Source: Candidatus Thorarchaeota archaeon (lineage in GTDB: Archaea; Asgardarchaeota; Thorarchaeia; Thorarchaeales; Thorarchaeaceae). Taken from it: DNA of 64,000 nt. The notes beneath the pieces were generated by a model. That model was given only the letters and a program-made list of their open reading frames with translations. It was not told the origin of the DNA and made no database searches. Both the position numbers and the translations under genes were made by a program. The stretch is taken from positions 38,028 through 102,027 of the forward strand of contig DXJO01000001.1 in assembly GCA_019057475.1 (NCBI GenBank), given 5' to 3'. Below are positions 58,282 through 64,000 of this stretch, piece after piece (positions within the stretch are counted from its first letter, which is position 1; each line of letters starts with the position of its first letter).

Positions 58282-60273
58282 CTACACATCCCTCACTTCT
58301 AGCACGCCCATCTCCTTCAAGTCATCAACGAGGCTGACGAGAATCTGAGAATCGAAATGACCGAACTGGAAACAGAGCTTATCCCAGATTTCGTTAAGGT
58401 TTGCCCAATCTGTGGAGAGGTTCAGCATCTCGTCAATGCGCACGTAAAGATGCTGGTCCTTCTCTTTCAGTTTCATGTACTTGTCCATCTTGTCTTTCAG
58501 CTTTTCTGCCATCGTGGATGGGCTCAACGGATATTTGAAATTGCGTTTGACTTCAACATCGAGTCCCACTGTATCAAGGTCAATCTCGTGCTCTTCCTTT
58601 GCTTCAAGACCAACCTCAGCACAAGCTCCTTCGTATGCTTTCCTGGCGACCATCATCTCTGAGGTGTATGCCATGTCAAGGCTTGTCTTCAAAGCTTCTC
58701 TCAATCTGTCTTGTTCTGAGATGAGGGCCCATTCAGTGGTCGCCTTGTTTAGCGTTGCCTTTCCTAAGTCCAGCGCCATGCCCAGCCACCTGAGAACTCT
58801 CGGGTAGACCTTGTCGGGATCTCCCTTGCACGTCGCTAGCTCCGTAATACCTTGTGTGCCAACTGCTTGCATGATATCGATGGCTTCATTCCGAACTTCA
58901 GCAAGGATTGCCTCTTCAACCGTATGCCCCGAATACAGATAGGTCAATGCTGTGAGGACTGCAACCCGTGTTGCATAGGCCATCTGCGCTGAATCGATCT
59001 TGTCAGCTGTGTCTGTGGATGTATGATAGAACTTGTCAGGGCTCTGGTTCAGCATTACCGATGGAATGCCAACTGTGGCATCTACGAACATGTAATGGTC
59101 ACTCCCTGCCGAGAATTTGCTATAGCTCCATGGCAGGGGTGTCAATGTGCCCCCGGATGCTCTCCTTCTCTTCCTGCTGCTCTCTTCACATAACCAGTGT
59201 CGAACTACATTGTTGAATGTGCTCGGGAGCGAGAATGGAGTCCTGTAGATGTGGAGAATTGAACCCGACTTGCTCGGATCTGCGCCAACCATGTCCATGT
59301 TGAGCATGGCTTGACACCGCTTCAGTAGATTCTTCTCGTGGTGGATGAACTTGATGGTACCTGACCACTCAGGTCCCCACAGGAAACGGATTGAGATGTC
59401 TGGCTTTTCAATCACGCCCTTGCGAATAAGCGAGGTCAATGATCGCAAAGCCTCAAGGAGAGCTGCACTTCCCGACGCATTATCATTGGCTCCTGGATGA
59501 GGATGACACACATGTGCAAAAAGCCAGAATTCTCTGGAAGTATCCTTTCCTTCAATGAGTGCTGAGATAACTTCTAGCGTACCATCTTTCAGCTCTGCAC
59601 GAACCTTCGCCTTTACCCTGACTTTCTTGCCTTCTGCGAGCCATTTCTTGATCTGTACGCCGTCTGCTTGGGTTAAGGAGAATCCGAATTTCACCTTCTC
59701 GCCCTCATCAGGACTGGGCCAGATTGCATCGTATCTTCTTAGGGACGCTATCTCATCAATGCCGGATGGTGCAACAAAAGTGAGAATACCCGCCGCCTTC
59801 TGGTCAATGCACGCCACACGATGAACCATGCGGGCTAAGCCTTCAGTCAAGACAATCTTGCCCTTAACATCCTTTTCCTTATAATCCTCAGGACTCAGAC
59901 CATTGCCGACGAAGACCACTTCCGCTTCCATGTTAGTAGAGCGTGAATGAGCAACGAGCGAGATCGGCTCAGCATCGAAATCAGCGAGCGTGCGTTGCTC
60001 GGGCTCCAGAAGTTCCAAGGTTCCGGATTTCGGGAACCATCCGTAAGGGGTGTTCCATGTTTCGATAGGGGATGCGCCATCTGCAGAATATGAGAAGATC
60101 TTTACTTTTGCATTTGAAACCTTCTTGATCTCCTGCTTGAGGTAGACAATGGCATCATGTATTCCCGGACTTGCCTGTATCCGGTGAAACTCTGAGAGGG
60201 CATTGACATAGTCCCGGGCTCGTATTCCGGAAACCGTATCAGTGACAGATTTAATGAGGTCATCAGGTAGCAT
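58282..60273 (-). CDS. M28 family metallopeptidase with PA domain (DUF4910-like)
   Basis: HRIQASPG, PA domain (DVKGKIVL), AHVCHP..GANDNASG, LNMDMVG, GSDH, YHTSTD. Confidence 0.9.
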   Translation of the reverse strand: MLPDDLIKSVTDTVSGIRARDYVNALSEFHRIQASPGIHDAIVYLKQEIKKVSNAKVKIFSYSADGASPIETWNTPYGWFPKSGTLELLEPEQRTLADFDAEPISLVAHSRSTNMEAEVVFVGNGLSPEDYKEKDVKGKIVLTEGLARMVHRVACIDQKAAGILTFVAPSGIDEIASLRRYDAIWPSPDEGEKVKFGFSLTQADGVQIKKWLAEGKKVRVKAKVRAELKDGTLEVISALIEGKDTSREFWLFAHVCHPHPGANDNASGSAALLEALRSLTSLIRKGVIEKPDISIRFLWGPEWSGTIKFIHHEKNLLKRCQAMLNMDMVGADPSKSGSILHIYRTPFSLPSTFNNVVRHWLCEESSRKRRRASGGTLTPLPWSYSKFSAGSDHYMFVDATVGIPSVMLNQSPDKFYHTSTDTADKIDSAQMAYATRVAVLTALTYLYSGHTVEEAILAEVRNEAIDIMQAVGTQGITELATCKGDPDKVYPRVLRWLGMALDLGKATLNKATTEWALISEQDRLREALKTSLDMAYTSEMMVARKAYEGACAEVGLEAKEEHEIDLDTVGLDVEVKRNFKYPLSPSTMAEKLKDKMDKYMKLKEKDQHLYVRIDEMLNLSTDWANLNEIWDKLCFQFGHFDSQILVSLVDDLKEMGVLEVRDV

Positions 60274-60431
60274 ATGTGGTCAGCACCGGCCCCTGCTACA
60301 GAGTATGTGACATAAGTACTCTGTTGTTTGTTGAATGCAAGAGAACTGTGCGAGCACAGTATTGAATGAATAAGAATCGCGGCCCGGATAGTGCATACCA
60401 AGGCCACGAAATAGACGGTTGAGAGGAACGA

Positions 60432-60926
60432 TTAGGTGCCTCTTCGCCGAAGTCTGCCGTCAAGCATGAATAGGGCATTGGTGGAGTCACCAATAATCTT
60501 AAGCAGATCTCGGACTTTCATGGTCTGCTCTTCCTCCTCGATTTGTTCATCATAAAACCATTGTAGCATTGAACCTGCTGCTCTATCGCCCTCTTTGTCA
60601 GCAATCTCGCCAATATTGAATATCAACTTTGAAACGGTCAATTCATGGTTGTAGGCATCATTCCATGCCTCATGCGCTGACTCCCATTCCGTCTTTGGTG
60701 CCTTGATTGCTTTGAGCGTGACTTTGCCGCCACGGTCTGTGATATGTTTCCAGAATCTCATCGCATGCTCGTACTCTTCCTTGGCTTGGATCTTCATCCA
60801 GTGAGCCATGCCATCAAGATTCTGCTCCTCAAACCAGGTTGCCATCGACAGATAGACATAACCACTATACATCTCGAAATTGATTTGTTCATTTATCGCG
60901 TCTGTTAATTCCTTACTAATCTCCAT
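60432..60926 (-). CDS. ftnA: Ferritin (non-heme)
   Basis: NEQINFEMYSGYVYLSM, EEYEHAMRF, HE, LQWFYDEQIEEE. Confidence 0.96.
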   Translation of the reverse strand: MEISKELTDAINEQINFEMYSGYVYLSMATWFEEQNLDGMAHWMKIQAKEEYEHAMRFWKHITDRGGKVTLKAIKAPKTEWESAHEAWNDAYNHELTVSKLIFNIGEIADKEGDRAAGSMLQWFYDEQIEEEEQTMKVRDLLKIIGDSTNALFMLDGRLRRRGT

Positions 60927-60965
60927 AATGATTCACCACATTGTACGTGATAGAGCCACCTACAA

Positions 60966-60979
60966 TTCACTATAGTGAA
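60966..60979. promoter_or_regulatory. Perfect palindrome in the ferritin promoter
   Basis: TTCACTATAGTGAA lies between a TATA-like CTTATAAG (60988-95) and the ferritin start. Confidence 0.5.
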
Positions 60980-61115
60980 GTATCTTTCTTATAAGCGGTG
61001 TGGTATGGTAGACACTGGGCCGTTCTCTAGGAACTGAATGAGCAGTCTGTCCAACGAACCTTTTTTACGAGCAAGCGATAGCTAGGCATTCCAACGGCTG
61101 ACGGAGTCTTGAAAG

Positions 61116-63845
61116 ATGGTCGCGCTCAATCTTCTCACAGTTGTTTTTGAATTATTGCCCCCCCTCATTGTTACGGTCATTTATTTGCTGTTTCTGGGAA
61201 ACCGGAAGAACAAGTTCATTGAGGCCTTCATAGTCCTCATGTACCTTAAGACATTCACGTTCTTTCTGTACAACATACTGATCTCTACCTCAACTATCCC
61301 TGGATTTGACTCAGGCATTCCAATGGCACTTCTCTCTTGGATAGCATTTACCGACCTTCTCTTCCATGTTGCGTACACACTTCAGGAATACCTGACTTGG
61401 GTGATGGTTTCATTCATCGCAGCGCTCTTTGGGATGCTCGTATTAGGCATCAAGCTAGCACTACAGGAACCCTTACAGACGAGATTCAAGAACCTAGTTG
61501 GTCGGATAACTGGGAGCGAGCCGAAGAGTGACGGCTATTTGGGACTAAGAGACCGGCTGGATAATATCAGGTTTGAGGGTGTTGAACCACAGCCTCTTGA
61601 TCCACAAGTGCAGGCCAAAGCTTGGAGGGCGGGATGGAAGGACTATCTGATTATCGGTCTCGCTACGTTGCTGCCATCGATCAGTGCATATCAAGGCTCT
61701 TTCGAGAATTATTTGCGTCTTAGGTTGTCTCTCCCTGGATATGTTGCTCCAGACCCCTATGTATTGGGCGTACTAATATTCCTGACTTGGATCTATCGTT
61801 TTGGTTATCCTGCTTCAAATAGAATCGCCAAGGGGGCAGGTCTTATGCTAGGTGACCGCGATATTGGCAGCGAGATGATGAGGGGTGTGCTCGGCTGGTT
61901 TTTCAGATTAAACATTCTGTGGACTGTTGCAACCATTGCACTCGATGTTTGGAACGTCATCAGCCTTGCTGGTATTGGCGGATTGAATTTAATGATGGAC
62001 TACTACACAGTCGGGCTAGTTTCTGCAGCCCCTCCGATTCTTTTCGCCATCCTCTTGCTTCCGCTTACTGAAGACTTCGCAGTGATCCTCTACAAGAAGC
62101 TGTTCGATTTGATCTACCGCAGAAGCAGCACACCTGTCCCTGATAAGTCCAGTGGGACAATAAGGACTGCAGTGTCAGCGCTGGTGACCGGCTTTCTGGT
62201 CACAGGTGCATTCGTTGGGAGTGTTATGGCAGTGACATTGCGCTACTCGGCTGATCGATTCTTTCATGGGGCAATGTCTCAATTCTATCTCTATCCTGGG
62301 GATGTTGCTTTCGATGTCTACAATCTCATGAATAATCCGGAAAACAATTTCTTGATGATAACCCCAACCTTGTGGACACTGCTGATGTTAGCAATCCCAT
62401 TCGCATCCATGCTGCTTATCGGAATATTGGGTCACTTTGCCAAAAGCCGCGGGGGCAGTAACGAGCTCTTCGCCCTTATCGCTGGACTAACAGTTTCTGT
62501 CGCGACTTGGTATTTGCTACCCGGAATGGATTATATGATCAACATAGCTGCGACACCAGCAAACTTGGGTGGAAGCGTGTTCTATAGATTACGTCCAATC
62601 ATAATTGCTCCTGGCAACGAGCAATATTTGGCGCGTCTTGCGGCACAATTCATCGTGAACCTGCCGATTTACGTCTGCACAGCACTCTTCATCCTGTATT
62701 TCTTTGAGTATAGAGGGAGATGGAAGGAACAGACTGGTGAGGTCTCAGGACCATTGCTCAACGTTCAGCGACAGGACGTTATTGATGCAGTCAAGTTGTT
62801 TGCTCTTGGGCTTGTCTGTTCGGTTGTTGGTGTTTGGCTGTTGACTATTTTCTTCAATCCCGCTCTAGTAGGCCTAACTATTGACTCTGTCTTCTCGGAG
62901 ATTGCAGCGCCAAACGGCTTAGAAGCGGTCTTGGAGCATTATGTATTGACGCAGACTGACAGTAGATTCCTGATAATAGCCGAACACAATCTCATCAGGA
63001 CTCTTCTAATGCTCATCATTGGACCGATATTCTGGGCGTCGATTTTGTGGCTTGTTGCAGCCAAGCGCAAGGATTCCGGTGACAATCGTATGGGATGGTT
63101 CAGTAGCATGACCTTGCTGGTAGCTGCTGTGGGCACTGGTTTCTGGACACTTCTTGATATGGAACGTGGTTACTTTGACCCCGATGCTTGGCCATGGGGT
63201 CTGGCAGCCAACATGGCGCTTCGAGCTCTGCTAGTGTTTGGTATCTTCTTGGTGCTCTACCTCGCAGTGATTGGTATCCGCAAAGTATCTGGTCGTGATT
63301 TGGGCATCTGGTGGCTACCGCTCTTTGTCACCCTATTCTGCCTGGAATACTTCGTGTACGATGATCAGTTCACGGTAATCGCGCTGGTTGTTCTGCCTTT
63401 GATTCTAACTCTGTTGTATAGGGTAGCATTGAGAGAAAGACCCCAAGTTAAAGCAGAGGATCCTTTGGTCACTTATATCAAGATGAGTCTGATGTCTCTA
63501 GCCATTGCTGAAGTCCTTTCAACTGCATTGATCCTCGGTGGCCTCAGTATTATCAACTTCGTGTATGGCGGCAACGTCCTTTTCTTCCTAGCACACATCC
63601 TACCGCACGCGGTGGTGGAGATTCCTGCATTCCTATTTGCAGCTGCCATTTCATTTCGGATTGCCCGAGATATGTGGCCTAGCCTCGAGGCAGAGGACTG
63701 GGATTCTATCCCGTCAAAGACTCGCAATCTCCTCTCAGACGAACGTATCTGGAGAACTTATGCTCTGATTGTGTTCTTCTTGCTAATTGCGGCGCTAATC
63801 GAATCCTTCGTCACTCCACTTGTTATAATGATGGTCGGTGGATAG
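61116..63845 (+). CDS. Large polytopic membrane protein with C-terminal SpoIIM-like domain
   Basis: About 20 hydrophobic segments; C-terminal ILPHAVVEIPAF...AALIESFVTP. Confidence 0.8.
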   Translation: MVALNLLTVVFELLPPLIVTVIYLLFLGNRKNKFIEAFIVLMYLKTFTFFLYNILISTSTIPGFDSGIPMALLSWIAFTDLLFHVAYTLQEYLTWVMVSFIAALFGMLVLGIKLALQEPLQTRFKNLVGRITGSEPKSDGYLGLRDRLDNIRFEGVEPQPLDPQVQAKAWRAGWKDYLIIGLATLLPSISAYQGSFENYLRLRLSLPGYVAPDPYVLGVLIFLTWIYRFGYPASNRIAKGAGLMLGDRDIGSEMMRGVLGWFFRLNILWTVATIALDVWNVISLAGIGGLNLMMDYYTVGLVSAAPPILFAILLLPLTEDFAVILYKKLFDLIYRRSSTPVPDKSSGTIRTAVSALVTGFLVTGAFVGSVMAVTLRYSADRFFHGAMSQFYLYPGDVAFDVYNLMNNPENNFLMITPTLWTLLMLAIPFASMLLIGILGHFAKSRGGSNELFALIAGLTVSVATWYLLPGMDYMINIAATPANLGGSVFYRLRPIIIAPGNEQYLARLAAQFIVNLPIYVCTALFILYFFEYRGRWKEQTGEVSGPLLNVQRQDVIDAVKLFALGLVCSVVGVWLLTIFFNPALVGLTIDSVFSEIAAPNGLEAVLEHYVLTQTDSRFLIIAEHNLIRTLLMLIIGPIFWASILWLVAAKRKDSGDNRMGWFSSMTLLVAAVGTGFWTLLDMERGYFDPDAWPWGLAANMALRALLVFGIFLVLYLAVIGIRKVSGRDLGIWWLPLFVTLFCLEYFVYDDQFTVIALVVLPLILTLLYRVALRERPQVKAEDPLVTYIKMSLMSLAIAEVLSTALILGGLSIINFVYGGNVLFFLAHILPHAVVEIPAFLFAAAISFRIARDMWPSLEAEDWDSIPSKTRNLLSDERIWRTYALIVFFLLIAALIESFVTPLVIMMVGG

Positions 63846-63860
63846 AGGAGGAGTGCGGGT

Positions 63861-64000
63861 TTGGTTAAGGCCACAGAATCTGTCTTCAACCTATATGATG
63901 CTGGTTGGCAAAGGTCTGACCATGATTGTGATACTGATCATGGTGTTCCAGAGAAAGCGGCGCATGTAGATGACGAAAGCGGGCCATGTGCCCGCTCTCC
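63861..64000 (+). CDS. Start of a hypothetical protein (runs off the window end)
   Basis: GAGGAGGAG ribosome-binding site then TTG; frame open to the window end (MVKATESVFNLYDAGW...). Confidence 0.4.
   Translation, partial: MVKATESVFNLYDAGWQRSDHDCDTDHGVPEKAAHVDDESGPCARS

Noticed and set aside
23610-58284. Genome-wide amber (pyrrolysine) recoding suggested by three in-frame TAGs
   Set aside because: Many well-defined genes here (thiR, MEMO1, hisS, thermosome, trpS) end at TAG at their expected C-termini. No pyl genes are in the window, and the surface gene also needs a frameshift.
1-64000. CRISPR arrays, IS elements, integrases, rRNA or tRNA genes
   Set aside because: No regularly spaced repeats, transposase/integrase motifs or structural RNA signatures seen by eye; tRNAscan-SE and Infernal would be needed to exclude small RNAs.

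Overview
This is a gene-dense archaeal chromosomal segment with no rRNA, tRNA, CRISPR array or recognisable mobile element. The archaeal housekeeping genes (thermosome, RpoK, archaeal-type SAM synthetase, HisRS/TrpRS/GlyRS, AK6, Ard1, Nre, MEMO1), the expanded membrane-anchored beta-helix/Ig-like surface proteins and several eukaryote-like proteins point to an Asgard archaeon, probably Thorarchaeia (inference). Main points of interest: (1) an operon encoding a glycyl-radical enzyme with an unfamiliar active-site signature, its activase and a tandem FMN split-barrel protein, preceded by a palindromic operator; (2) a CINP/C1orf109-like protein; (3) a convergent pair of alpha-SNAP-like solenoid proteins, one with Ig-like domains; (4) RpoK fused to a helix-hairpin-helix domain; (5) an HTH-CBS regulator divergent from SAM synthetase with an operator array; (6) coaD with no in-frame ATG/GTG/TTG start; (7) a structured leader with a short uORF before hisS; (8) a triply disrupted surface-protein paralog. 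All family calls come from motif recognition and recall; no database search was run.
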